From: Patescibacteria group bacterium
Lineage (GTDB): Bacteria; Patescibacteriota; Patescibacteriia; PEXW01
Assembly (NCBI GenBank): GCA_041671325.1
Contig: JBAZBR010000001.1
Coordinates: 415,504-479,503 of the forward strand
DNA: 64,000 nt
Reading direction: 5' to 3'
Part shown: in pieces, positions 39,598 through 48,320 of the stretch
Layout of the letters: each line of letters starts with the position of its first letter
How positions within the stretch are numbered: the stretch's first letter is position 1
The notes under the pieces: generated by a model
Told to the model about the DNA's origin: nothing
The model's input: only the letters and a program-made list of their open reading frames with translations
The model's database searches: none
Program-made: the position numbers and the translations under genes

Positions 39598-41448
39598 CTA
39601 GTCTCTTTTTAATACCGCAAAAAAGGCTTCTTGCGGAATATCGACTTTACCCAAGCTTTTCATCCGGCGCTTGCCTTTTTTCTGTTTTTCCAATAATTTC
39701 CTTTTTCGGGTCACATCGCCGCCATACAACTTTGCCGTAACATCTTTCCGCATGGCTGACAAGCTGGCTGAAGCGATTATTTTGGCATTAATTGCCGCTT
39801 GGATCTTCACTTCAAACATCTGCTTTGGTAAAATACCTTTTAAATGTTCAACCACCTGCCGGGCGACTTTATAAGCTTCATCTTGATAAACCATTACGGA
39901 CAAGGCATCAACTTTTTCCCCAGCTACCAGGACGTCCATCCTTTCTACTTCAGCTTTTTCTGAATTGCTGATTTCATAATTTAAGGATGCATAGCCACTG
40001 GAGACACTTTTTAATCTATCATAGAAATCAACTAAAATTCCAGCTAAGGGCAGTTTGGCATGGATTACCACCCGGCTTTCATCTAGGTATTCCGTATTTT
40101 CGTGCTGACCGCGCTTTTCAATGATTAAGCTTAAAATCCCGCCGATATTCGAAGTTGGCGTGACAATATCGGCTTTAGCCCAGGGTTCTTCAATATGCTT
40201 GATATGCGAAGGTTCAGGCAAGTCCAAGGGACTGGTTATGACAACGGTGCCGCTTTTGGCTTCTTTGATGGAAGACTGTTCTTTAACTTTTTTCTCGTGT
40301 GCATGGATTCCGGCTTCGCTTAAAAATATTTTATAAGCCACGGAAGGGACGGTAACGACTAAATCTAAATTATATTCGCGCTTTAAGCGTTCCTGGACAA
40401 TGTCCAAATGCAAGAGGCCTAAGAAGCCGCACCGAAAACCATGCCCCAAGGCTTGGGAATGTTCAGTTTCATAAGAAAGCGCGGCGTCATTCAATTTTAG
40501 TTTGCCTAAAGCTTCTCTTAATAAGGGGAAATCATCACCGGCTTTGGTATACAAGCTGGCATAGACCATGGGCTGTAAATGCCGATAGCCTGACAACGCC
40601 TGATTGGCCGGGGCTTTTTCCAAGGTTAAAGTATCGCCGACTCGCGCATCAGCCACGCTTTTTACGCCAGTGACCACATAGCCGATTTCTCCCGCACCCA
40701 AATTCGGGCAAGAAACAAATTTTGGGTGGAAGTATCCGACCTCTAAGGCTTCGCCCTTGGCCCCAGTAGCCATGAACCTGACATGGTCGCCTTTGCTGAT
40801 TTGGCCTTGAACAATCCTGACAAAAGTGATGACCCCTCGGTAATCGTCAAATTTTGAATCAAAAACCAAAGCCTGCAATGGCTTAAGCAAATCGCCTTTT
40901 GGCAATGGAACTTTTTCAATGACTTTTTCTAAAAGTTCTTTCACGCCTAACCCGCTTTTGGCTGAAACTCTTAAAATTTCCTCTTTTTTGCAGCCCAGCA
41001 ATTTAACCAGCTCCCTTTCACTTTCATCTGGCCTGGCATTAGGCAGATCCACCTTGTTAATTGCCGGGATAATTGTCAAGTCCTGTTCTAAAGCCAAATA
41101 CAAATTTGCCAAGGTTTGGGCTTCCACGCCCTGGGTAGCGTCAACTAAAAGAATCGCGCCTTCTACTGCGGCTAAAGACCGGGAAACTTCATACGTGAAA
41201 TCCACATGCCCTGGCGTATCGATCAAATTCATCTCAAACTCCTGGTTTTGGTATTGATATTGCATCCTGACTGCCGCAAGTTTAATGGTAATTCCGCGTT
41301 CCCTTTCAATATCCATTTGGTCTAAAACTTGGGAACGCATTTCTCTTTTCGATACTGTATTAGTCAATTCCAAAAACCGGTCGGCTAAAGTCGATTTCCC
41401 GTGGTCAATATGCGCAATGATACAGAAGTTACGTATATTCGTACTCAT
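39598..41448 (-). CDS. lepA: Elongation factor 4
   Basis: IRNFCIIAHIDHGKSTLADR, ERERGITIK, DTPGHVDF, GFRCGFLGLLH, YGGDVTRKRKLLEKQK. Confidence 0.98.
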   Translation of the reverse strand: MSTNIRNFCIIAHIDHGKSTLADRFLELTNTVSKREMRSQVLDQMDIERERGITIKLAAVRMQYQYQNQEFEMNLIDTPGHVDFTYEVSRSLAAVEGAILLVDATQGVEAQTLANLYLALEQDLTIIPAINKVDLPNARPDESERELVKLLGCKKEEILRVSAKSGLGVKELLEKVIEKVPLPKGDLLKPLQALVFDSKFDDYRGVITFVRIVQGQISKGDHVRFMATGAKGEALEVGYFHPKFVSCPNLGAGEIGYVVTGVKSVADARVGDTLTLEKAPANQALSGYRHLQPMVYASLYTKAGDDFPLLREALGKLKLNDAALSYETEHSQALGHGFRCGFLGLLHLDIVQERLKREYNLDLVVTVPSVAYKIFLSEAGIHAHEKKVKEQSSIKEAKSGTVVITSPLDLPEPSHIKHIEEPWAKADIVTPTSNIGGILSLIIEKRGQHENTEYLDESRVVIHAKLPLAGILVDFYDRLKSVSSGYASLNYEISNSEKAEVERMDVLVAGEKVDALSVMVYQDEAYKVARQVVEHLKGILPKQMFEVKIQAAINAKIIASASLSAMRKDVTAKLYGGDVTRKRKLLEKQKKGKRRMKSLGKVDIPQEAFFAVLKRD

Positions 41449-41570
41449 ACAAAATTAAAATTGAGGTGCTCGAGTCTCGCCCCGCACCGTAATTCCGCAC
41501 GAGCGGAATGACTGGTGCGCGGGTGGTCAATATGCGCGATTATACAAAAGTTCCGAATGTTTTTAGGCAT
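41445..41570 (-). pseudogene. Duplicated lepA 5' fragment plus palindrome (41-codon upstream ORF)
   Basis: Encodes MPKNIRNFCIIAHIDH, then runs through a 43-bp palindrome; its TGA overlaps the lepA ATG. Confidence 0.85.
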
Positions 41571-41649
41571 AGATAATAATTAACAGTTTCCCTCTACCTC
41601 TGGGAGAGGGGGTTGGAAGAAACATACTTCTTAAAAATTTAATCATGGT

Positions 41650-43272
41650 TTAATTTGAATTACCCGGCTTATTACCATTATTTACAAAATTCCTGAATTT
41701 TTGCCACCATTGCCTAAAGACTTCCATTTCTTCAACCTTCAGAATTGATGCCAAACACAAGAATATTACAATGCCAAAAATTCCAGAGATTAAACCTTGT
41801 AAAAAGATGCCGACTAAAGTATGCATGTCTACACCCATTGCCACAAAATGCAAAGCTCCCCAAGCGCCAAAACCTGCAAACAATGAGGCGATGACAATTT
41901 TTACGCTTGACTTGGCAATATGCGCATCGTCCAGATTACCCAGCCGGCGTCGAAGCAAAAAATACAGCAAGGACATATTGACTAGACTTGAAATTGAAAA
42001 AGCCAAAGCCACGCCAATAATGCCGAAATGTTTTGAAAGGATGATGGCTCCGGCAATATCAATAACGACTGAAAAAATTCCTACTTTAACTGGGGTGGAA
42101 GTATCATGCAAAGCATAAAACGACCTGGCAATGATCGGGATCAAGGCTTGGGCAAAAATTGACAAGGTGAAAAACCCCAAAACCTGGGCAGTCAAATAAG
42201 TCGCGTTCCAATCAAAAGTCTGGGCGCCCACGACCACCCGGACGATTTGAGCCCGCAAAACTAAAAGCAAGACCGAAGTTGGGATCATGACTACCAATAA
42301 CCTTCGAATGGTTTTTGAAAAATGTTTTTTAAAAGCTTCCATGTCTTGGCTGGCATAAGCCTCGGAAAAAGCGGGAAAAATGGCGATGGCCAAGGAAACC
42401 CCGAAAACATTGATGGGAAAATTCTGGAGATTATTGGCAAAATTAAGCTGGGTTAAACTGCCAGCTGCCAAACTGGAAGCAATAATCGTGCTGACCAGCT
42501 GGTCAATTTGGTTGACAGCCAAGCCAAAAGTCCTGGGTAGCATAAGCTTCCCCACTTCTCTAACGCCTTTATGGCGCCAATTTAATATTCTTTGATAGCG
42601 GAATCCCAGCTTAAAGACGCTGGGGATTTGGATAGCTAAGTGGGCAAAAGCGCCCACGACCACGCCATAAGCCAAACCAATAATCCCCCATTTGGGCACA
42701 AAAAAAATGATGCCGGCGATTATGCCAAGGTTATACAAAACCGGCGCCAAGGCAAAAGCAAAAAACCTTTTGAAGGAATTGAGGATGGCGGAAACAATAT
42801 TACTGGCTCCGAAAAAAATTATGGCCACCAGCATTATCCGGCTTAAGTGGATGGTGGTCTGAAGTTTTTCACCGGAAAAGCCTGGGGCAATTAAAGGCAC
42901 CAAGTGATTGGCAAAAATAAAAAAGATTAGGCCTAAGACAATCAGGACGATCAGTAGCAAGTTCAAGATTGAATTGGCCACGCACCAAGCATCATCTTTC
43001 AGTTCTGGATTCTTTTCCGCCCTTTTTAAATAACTAACAAATACTGGAATAAAAGAGGAGGAAAGAGCGCCCAGCACCAAGACATTAAAGACAAAATCAG
43101 GGAGTTTAAATGCGGCAAAATATGGGTCCAGGTTGCCACCGCCGCCAAAAGTGCTGGCTAGCATCCGATCCCTGACTAAACCCAAAACTCGGCTGGCCAC
43201 GCCAGTAAAACCAATTACGATGGCGCCGCCAAGGATAGTGGTGGAGAGTTTGTGCCAAAGCTTCTTTAACAT
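41650..43272 (-). CDS. murJ: Lipid II flippase
   Basis: SRVLGLVRD, AAFKLPD, GALSSSFIPVF, RSFYALHDT.TP. Confidence 0.96.
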   Translation of the reverse strand: MLKKLWHKLSTTILGGAIVIGFTGVASRVLGLVRDRMLASTFGGGGNLDPYFAAFKLPDFVFNVLVLGALSSSFIPVFVSYLKRAEKNPELKDDAWCVANSILNLLLIVLIVLGLIFFIFANHLVPLIAPGFSGEKLQTTIHLSRIMLVAIIFFGASNIVSAILNSFKRFFAFALAPVLYNLGIIAGIIFFVPKWGIIGLAYGVVVGAFAHLAIQIPSVFKLGFRYQRILNWRHKGVREVGKLMLPRTFGLAVNQIDQLVSTIIASSLAAGSLTQLNFANNLQNFPINVFGVSLAIAIFPAFSEAYASQDMEAFKKHFSKTIRRLLVVMIPTSVLLLVLRAQIVRVVVGAQTFDWNATYLTAQVLGFFTLSIFAQALIPIIARSFYALHDTSTPVKVGIFSVVIDIAGAIILSKHFGIIGVALAFSISSLVNMSLLYFLLRRRLGNLDDAHIAKSSVKIVIASLFAGFGAWGALHFVAMGVDMHTLVGIFLQGLISGIFGIVIFLCLASILKVEEMEVFRQWWQKFRNFVNNGNKPGNSN

Positions 43273-43363
43273 AGTTTGTGGAATTGAGTTTAGCTGAAAA
43301 GCCCAATAGTTTCAAGGTTTTTTATCGCACGTCTCCAGCTCCGTGAGAAAAAGCTATTATCAT

Positions 43364-43469
43364 TGTCATTGCGAGAAGGCCAGTTTTTGCGGGACGACGC
43401 GGCAATCTCGCTTTACAGTGAAAGATTGCTTCGCTTCTCCCCGCGGCCGCGGGGTCGCCCGCAATAACA
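43364..43469. repeat. RPE/REP-like palindromic element (TGTCATTGCGAG type)
   Basis: TGTCATTGCGAG...GCAATCT...AGATTGC...CGCAATAACA; a partial copy GTCATTGCGAG lies at 56482. Confidence 0.7.
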
Positions 43470-43490
43470 GGGTTTATACTGGTCCAAACT

Positions 43491-43520
43491 AAAAACCGCC
43501 ATCTTTATCAGATAACGGTT
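43491..43520 (-). terminator. Intrinsic terminator closing the array
   Basis: AACCGUUAUCU-GAUAA-AGAUGGCGGUU then UUU; the two G-U pairs work only on the minus strand. Confidence 0.65.
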
Positions 43521-43525
43521 ATTGG

Positions 43526-43648
43526 TTCTCCTGGCCGGATTACACCGTGCGAAAGATACCCGCGTCTTGCTTCCATTCATTAGGGAGAGAGTCCTTTTGA
43601 ATTTCATTAAAACGTGAGATCGTAAGAAGGGTAACCCGGCCGGGAGAA
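43526..43648 (-). ncRNA. Candidate rod-shaped ncRNA (about 125 nt)
   Basis: 18-bp closing stem UUCUCCCGGCCGGGUUAC/GUAAUCCGGCCAGGAGAA, internal bubble, further stems; no credible ORF. Confidence 0.5.
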
Positions 43649-43653
43649 AATAC

Positions 43654-43759
43654 TTTTGTCATTTCGAGCGAAGCGTAAGCGTAGTCGAGAAATCTCTTTG
43701 TAATAGTTGAGATTCCTCCGCTCGTCCTCGCTTAATCGAACTCGGTCGGAATGACAAAA
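43654..43759. repeat. REP-like palindromic element (GTCATTTCGAGCGAAG type)
   Basis: Terminal inverted repeat TTTTGTCATT/AATGACAAAA with inner AATCTC/GAGATT. Confidence 0.7.
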
Positions 43760-43781
43760 TGAAGTTTCACCCCGATTATAG

Positions 43782-43843
43782 TCCTCCTGCCTGAAAAGAC
43801 AAATTTTGTCTTTTCAGGAAGAGGAGCCAGTTTAAACTGACTC
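43782..43843 (-). promoter_or_regulatory. Double-hairpin leader E1 (precedes a non-coding unit)
   Basis: GAGUCAGU-UUAA-ACUGGCUC directly followed by the CCUGAAAAGACAA/UUGUCUUUUCAGG stem. Confidence 0.7.
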
Positions 43844-43858
43844 ACTCAAGGTGCGGTT

Positions 43859-44242
43859 TTAATGCAATTTGAGCAAATTGACTTCGGCTGACCTACCTGA
43901 CCCCAGTTTATAACCAATTACCGAGCGTCCTAACGGAACCAGGTTTGAATCCTTGGCGGTTGCGATTATTACCGCACAAGCACTATCCTGATACAGCCGA
44001 TATGAGTACACGCTGGTATCCAGATCGGCATCAGGATAATAGATGGCCACATTGCTGAACAAAGAATCGCCCGCGTTAAAATGCCTCGACGCATTGACGA
44101 CTATTTGCAAAAGCTGACGCTCGCCTATAAAAGCGGTCTGCTCTTTCGAACGCTCAGTCTTAAGGTCGTTAATATAGCTAACCGCAAAGATTAACGATAA
44201 AGCTACCATAACGAAAAGAACCGTCAACACTCTACTGAACAT
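43859..44242 (-). CDS. Membrane-anchored hypothetical protein (127 aa)
   Basis: Start re-assigned to the ATG after SD AGGAGG; N-terminal hydrophobic helix. Confidence 0.75.
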   Translation of the reverse strand: MFSRVLTVLFVMVALSLIFAVSYINDLKTERSKEQTAFIGERQLLQIVVNASRHFNAGDSLFSNVAIYYPDADLDTSVYSYRLYQDSACAVIIATAKDSNLVPLGRSVIGYKLGSGRSAEVNLLKLH

Positions 44243-44275
44243 ACAATATCCTCCTAAATCAACTTTATTTTTTAA

Positions 44276-44339
44276 TCTCTCCCACAACCGACTTTTGTAA
44301 AATCAGCTCTGGGAGAGGAGCCAGAAAAGTATCTGGCTC
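44276..44339 (-). promoter_or_regulatory. Double-hairpin leader E2
   Basis: GAGCCAGA/UCUGGCUC, then a long stem with AGCUGAUUUU/AAAGUCGGUU containing three G-U pairs. Confidence 0.75.
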
Positions 44340-44353
44340 AAAACGAACAATAC

Positions 44354-44731
44354 TCAATCAAGCGGTGACTGCAGATAATCGTCTGCCAGGCGATAGTATA
44401 CGCCGCAGACGAATGTGGTATCCCCTGAAAAATTCTCATCCCGGTACAGAAATTCCGAAGCTACGAATTTCCGGTTTTGGTTTTTCCATTCCTTGATTTT
44501 CTCATCAATCAACGGTTGTGCGATTGCGCTATCCGCCAAATTGTATTCAACTGGGATTTGAAGAACTAGTGCCGTGGAATCGGGATCTGTCCATGATCCA
44601 TGTGCAACCCCCAGCTCGCCATTAAAAACGATGACGGCGGTGTGGCTTGGAACAAGCCACGCATCCACGGCAATGCCAATCAGAATACCAAAAACCAATC
44701 CGATCGCGAAAACTGCAAAAACATTCCGCAT
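44354..44731 (-). CDS. Membrane-anchored hypothetical protein (125 aa)
   Basis: Start after AACATGGAGGTTTTG; N-terminal TM. Confidence 0.75.
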   Translation of the reverse strand: MRNVFAVFAIGLVFGILIGIAVDAWLVPSHTAVIVFNGELGVAHGSWTDPDSTALVLQIPVEYNLADSAIAQPLIDEKIKEWKNQNRKFVASEFLYRDENFSGDTTFVCGVYYRLADDYLQSPLD

Positions 44732-44770
44732 CAAAACCTCCATGTTTTGGTTATCCTTTTTTGTTTCTGT

Positions 44771-44837
44771 TTCTCCCCCACCCGTCGAAATTTTTTCAAC
44801 GCGTAAGGGAAAAAGGCAAACCACGGAAGGTTTGCCT
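44771..44837 (-). promoter_or_regulatory. Double-hairpin leader E3
   Basis: AGGCAAACC/GGUUUGCCU, then UUUUCCCUUAC-G-CGUUGAAA/UUUCGACG-G-GUGGGGGAGAA (four G-U pairs, one G.G mismatch). Confidence 0.75.
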
Positions 44838-44853
44838 ATTCTGCAATGAAATT

Positions 44854-45015
44854 TCAGCAGATGGAGGTATAATTAAAGCTCCAGGCTAAAGCACTCAAGA
44901 GAACAATTGTCATACCCGCGGGTATGACGAACTTTTTCGGCCGAAGGAACATGATCCCCAGCCCGATAGCCATGGTAAACACTGTGGCTATAAAAACCCT
45001 GGTACACAGATCCAT
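44854..45015 (-). CDS. Small 2-TM protein (53 aa)
   Basis: SD AAGGAGAGG before the ATG; two hydrophobic segments. Confidence 0.65.
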   Translation of the reverse strand: MDLCTRVFIATVFTMAIGLGIMFLRPKKFVIPAGMTIVLLSALAWSFNYTSIC

Positions 45016-45037
45016 ATCCTCTCCTTTTGTTTTGCAT

Positions 45038-45466
45038 TTAGTAATAAATGAACCTAAACAATTCTTTGACAACCGGGATGCACGAAGTCTTGGTTAGCTT
45101 TTTGGCAAGCCAGGAAAACCCAACCAAGACCAGACCAACGAGGGCAATTATGTAGTGATCCGAAGCGTTTTCCAAACCCTCGGTTGGATTTTTTACCAAT
45201 GCGGTGAAAAATCCAAACAGAAACAGGATAACGCCAACTATCAGTGAACTGGCCGCGAAATATACCACATAATACTTTGCGGTTATTTCCAGCCGGCGTC
45301 CACACAAATATGTAACGCATCCAAAAATCAGGTATGGCCATATAATGTAGTAAGCCAATCCTGGAACGTACCTGATTGGTAAGGTAACCATTAAAACTGC
45401 CAACAAAGCTGTTAACAGGGTGCAAACCATGACCCCGATCTCAAAAAATGTTTTCGTAAAAGTCAT
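45038..45466 (-). CDS. 4-TM membrane protein (142 aa)
   Basis: Start after AACATGGAGGTTTGG. Confidence 0.75.
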   Translation of the reverse strand: MTFTKTFFEIGVMVCTLLTALLAVLMVTLPIRYVPGLAYYIIWPYLIFGCVTYLCGRRLEITAKYYVVYFAASSLIVGVILFLFGFFTALVKNPTEGLENASDHYIIALVGLVLVGFSWLAKKLTKTSCIPVVKELFRFIYY

Positions 45467-45492
45467 CCAAACCTCCATGTTTGTTCATTTTT

Positions 45493-45560
45493 ATTTCCTC
45501 TGAAAAGACTTTGTTTAAAATCTGTTCAGAGGAAATGGCGAAGTTTTTGAGGCTTCGCCA
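45493..45560 (-). promoter_or_regulatory. Double-hairpin leader E4
   Basis: UGGCGAAG/CUUCGCCA, then AUUUCCUCUGAA-C-AGAUUUU/AAAGUCU-U-UUCAGAGGAAAU. Confidence 0.75.
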
Positions 45561-45577
45561 ATCCAAAGAAAGTTACA

Positions 45578-46282
45578 TCACAGCTTGGTGATGTGCAAAC
45601 AAACATCGATGCCGTGGCCAATGGCAGGCGCCGTCAAGATGACGCTGATTGTTGAATTTGATGGCAATGCCAGGTCTATCGAAAACTTTTTATTTTCCAA
45701 AGACCATTTATAGGTTATGCCGTCAATCGTAACCAGTAAATCCTGCAAAGGCTGGTCATTCTGGGTTTCAGCGCTGAACTCCAGTCGATACGAACCGATT
45801 GGGTTCATGAGAAGCCAATTGATGACCTTATCGCACCCTTTCAGGTGCCCGCAGAATTTTTCACCGAGGTTGAGAGTGTCAGTGACGTAAACCGTATCCA
45901 CATGGCTACTATCGATAACGATCAGAGTAGACTCAGGCGGAACAACCCAGACGCCGTGTGAAGCTGTGGCAGTTTGGCCATCAGTCGAATTGACCAGCAG
46001 GCCAAAATCGAAATATCCGGTATCACTCAACCTGCCCTCAAAATAAGGCAAGTGAGTAATTACAGAATCTTTCAGATACCAGCTTGCTTGGTAGGGCTGC
46101 TGTCCACCGGTAATAGTTGCGAAAAGAAAAAACTTCTCGCCGACGTAGACAGTGTCAGGCCCCAGGATTCCGGCTTCCAGTTTCCCATACACTTCGGGTG
46201 AAACTGGATTGACCTGTTTTTCCGCGCAACCGGCAAAGATTGCCAGAAACGCCACGAACACGAGGAGGATAAACTGCTTCAT
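45578..46282 (-). CDS. Predicted lipoprotein with PKD/Ig-like domain
   Basis: Signal peptide ending in lipobox FAG-C; ITGGQQPYQASW...VNSTDGQTATAS pattern; SD GGAGG; TAATG coupling to the upstream gene. Confidence 0.75.
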   Translation of the reverse strand: MKQFILLVFVAFLAIFAGCAEKQVNPVSPEVYGKLEAGILGPDTVYVGEKFFLFATITGGQQPYQASWYLKDSVITHLPYFEGRLSDTGYFDFGLLVNSTDGQTATASHGVWVVPPESTLIVIDSSHVDTVYVTDTLNLGEKFCGHLKGCDKVINWLLMNPIGSYRLEFSAETQNDQPLQDLLVTIDGITYKWSLENKKFSIDLALPSNSTISVILTAPAIGHGIDVCLHITKL

Positions 46283-47283
46283 TAGTGTTTACCTCCTGAG
46301 ATCGTGAACTGATAGGCAATAATCACACGAACGTGCGAATTCTCCCATTCAACTTCTTCGGTACCCCGCTGGTACACATACACTGGAGTCCAGACAGCAG
46401 CCAGAACCCAGCTTTTTGCGAAAGTCACCTGAGCCCCAAGCTCGGGTCCAGTTCGTTTCTCACCCCAGGGACCGTCGAAGTACCGGTTAATTTCGCTTCG
46501 TTGCCCACCAAAAATGAGTTCAAATGGTTTCTCCAACCAAGGTCGCACAAGAACATGGACTGAGCCGTATCTATAGATGTAGCTCATTTCTTCCTTGCAG
46601 TATGTACGATCTTCGCGGTAGAAAGAATAACCGCCCTCCAAAGCAATACGGAAGCGGTCATTCCCCCACTGAAGACATGCTATTGGCATAAAGCGTTCAG
46701 CCGGCGTATACGCTACGCCAATGCCGAACCAAATCCGGTTGTCGAAGTGATTAATCACTTCAGTTTTATAATTATTAACAACCGGCGCTAGTTTTGGCTG
46801 GGCGGCAAAAGCCGAATCAATTGAGTGCTGCATTTCTGCCGGTGTAACATACCGGTCGAACTGCACCACTTCGATAACGACTTTTCGATGATCGCCACCG
46901 ATTTTTTTCTCGTTATCCGGGTCAGGCATTCGTGGCCAGATCAAATCGCGAGGAGTGCCGCATTCTTTCAAATGCAAAGCGGCCCATTCATAGCGACTGA
47001 CCTTTAAAGCAGCTTCCAGCACGTCTTCCTTAGTCGGCGTATCGAATTTCAATCCGTCGACATAAGAATAAATCTTGATATAACGATGCTGGAATGCACA
47101 GACCGAATCAGTCAGCATTTGGAATACTGCCTGATTCTTTTTAGCCAGTTCCACCTGGCTCATGCCTTTTCCTGGTGCAAATCCAGAAATTTCTTTGCTT
47201 ATGATCACGGTTTCAGCCAAAGCCGAAACCGAAAAAATCACAAGCATGAGAAACGAAAGCAAGACTATCGTGAGTTTCTTCAC
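46282..47283 (-). CDS. Signal peptide + OmpA-C-like domain + C-terminal beta-barrel-like region
   Basis: F..G...IKIYSYVD...L..SR....L...G...HRKVVIEV resembles OmpA-C; alternating amphipathic strands end near AYQF; GTG start after GGAGG. Confidence 0.65.
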   Translation of the reverse strand: MKKLTIVLLSFLMLVIFSVSALAETVIISKEISGFAPGKGMSQVELAKKNQAVFQMLTDSVCAFQHRYIKIYSYVDGLKFDTPTKEDVLEAALKVSRYEWAALHLKECGTPRDLIWPRMPDPDNEKKIGGDHRKVVIEVVQFDRYVTPAEMQHSIDSAFAAQPKLAPVVNNYKTEVINHFDNRIWFGIGVAYTPAERFMPIACLQWGNDRFRIALEGGYSFYREDRTYCKEEMSYIYRYGSVHVLVRPWLEKPFELIFGGQRSEINRYFDGPWGEKRTGPELGAQVTFAKSWVLAAVWTPVYVYQRGTEEVEWENSHVRVIIAYQFTISGGKH

Positions 47284-47327
47284 TAAGTTACCTCCATGCT
47301 AAGGGTTTTTTCAATAATACGTTTTGT

Positions 47328-47400
47328 TGTTGGTTTTGCTAAAATATCTTAATTTTCAAGATGACTTTAGTAAAACTAACAAACCTCTATTAGGTTTATT
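47328..47400 (-). promoter_or_regulatory. Double-hairpin leader E5 at a predicted transcript 5' end
   Basis: AAACCU-AAUAG-AGGUUU, then a stem of about 24 bp GUUAGUUUUACUAAAGU.../...AUUUUAGCAAAACCAAC. Confidence 0.6.
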
Positions 47401-47429
47401 ATATTATTTCTAATTGAGCCTTCTGTCAA
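47401..47429 (-). promoter_or_regulatory. Sigma70-type promoter
   Basis: TTGACA-17 nt-TAATAT. Confidence 0.7.
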
Positions 47430-47436
47430 AAATATG

Positions 47437-47732
47437 AAAAATAAATTGATGGTGTGCGGTTGCCCGAAAGCATTCCGCACACCACCATTTTTCCTTTTAC
47501 TTCGCCCGGTTTACGAATTTGCAACGAGAAAAAGCAAAAGGTCTTTAGCATATGGCTGTCTTGCCATGGTTGTGGTGCCAAGCATACCACCAGCCCGAAA
47601 TCATCTTCGGGTCCGAGGATCCAACCAAGTGATTATCTGATTGGAAATTTTTGTGAGGTTCTCCCACATTCCGCAGGACAAATTGCTTTCTCCTGCCGAA
47701 TGCAAGAAGGAAAACCACAGCGGTTCTCCTTC
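47437..47732 (-). ncRNA. Candidate multi-hairpin ncRNA (leader E6 + five hairpins + terminator)
   Basis: E6 at 47661-47732 (GCAA tetraloop, G.G mismatches); consecutive stems; final GGUGGUGUGCGG/CCGCACACCAUC stem with U-rich tail. Confidence 0.6.
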
Positions 47733-47754
47733 TAAAACGAACAGCTTATTTCCG

Positions 47755-47910
47755 TTATTCCAGTACTTCGCATCTTGCTTTCACTTCCGAAGGAATGAAC
47801 CCCAACGCGACATCGGCTGAAATGTCTCCGTCGTCCACTTTTGCGTCGAGAGCTCTATAGAACTCCTCAAACGCTAAGTCAAACTCGGCTTGCTCTTCAT
47901 GTGTCGCCAT
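47755..47910 (-). CDS. Small acidic protein (51 aa)
   Basis: MATHEEQ... after SD-like GAAAGGA. Confidence 0.6.
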   Translation of the reverse strand: MATHEEQAEFDLAFEEFYRALDAKVDDGDISADVALGFIPSEVKARCEVLE

Positions 47911-47962
47911 GTTTTCATCCTTTCTGGTGACCGAATTTTTGTCTTTAGTTTGTTTTTCGCGG

Positions 47963-48175
47963 CTACTCCACAACTCTTACGAGAATAGCCTCTTTCGCTG
48001 CAGCTCCTTCCATGGCGATTTCCATTCGCAATGGTTGTGTATTCAGTATTCCCACCAAACCGACAATGGCATCAAGAATAGCAGGCACGATTAAAACTGT
48101 TTTTCCATAAAATAACCATCCAGTTACGCAATAAAGCGCTGTTGCCAAAGCCGCATAAGATATAAGCCTCATCAT
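47963..48175 (-). CDS. Small 2-TM protein (70 aa)
   Basis: SD AAGGAG; two hydrophobic segments. Confidence 0.65.
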   Translation of the reverse strand: MMRLISYAALATALYCVTGWLFYGKTVLIVPAILDAIVGLVGILNTQPLRMEIAMEGAAAKEAILVRVVE

Positions 48176-48215
48176 TGCAAGATCTCCTTGTAATGGTTTA
48201 TTCGTTCATTTTTAT

Positions 48216-48320
48216 ACTTTCAAAAACAAGATTAAAGACGATTTAAAACCCCATCAAACCATCATCTTCACTGTTGTTTTAAAAAATTTGGGAGAGCGAG
48301 GGCCGAAGCCTCTCGCTCTC
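48216..48320 (-). promoter_or_regulatory. Double-hairpin leader E7
   Basis: GAGAGCGAG-A-GGC-UUCG-GCC-CUCGCUCUC (cUUCGg loop), then AAAACAA..UGAAGAUGAU/AUCGUCUUUA..UUGUUUU stem. Confidence 0.7.

Noticed and set aside
39487-39601. Small hydrophobic + strand ORF (MKKKRIVKLLW...) between the bPH_2 gene and lepA
   Set aside because: It could be a real 37-aa membrane peptide, but it opposes the operon direction and has no independent support.
44814-44837. c-di-GMP-I riboswitch suggested by GGCAAACC
   Set aside because: It is a simple hairpin of leader E3; the P2/P3 elements of that riboswitch are missing.
47434-47735. + strand ORFs 47434-47640 and 47454-47735
   Set aside because: They are antisense to a multi-hairpin unit whose wobbles favour the minus strand, with no RBS and no recognisable protein.
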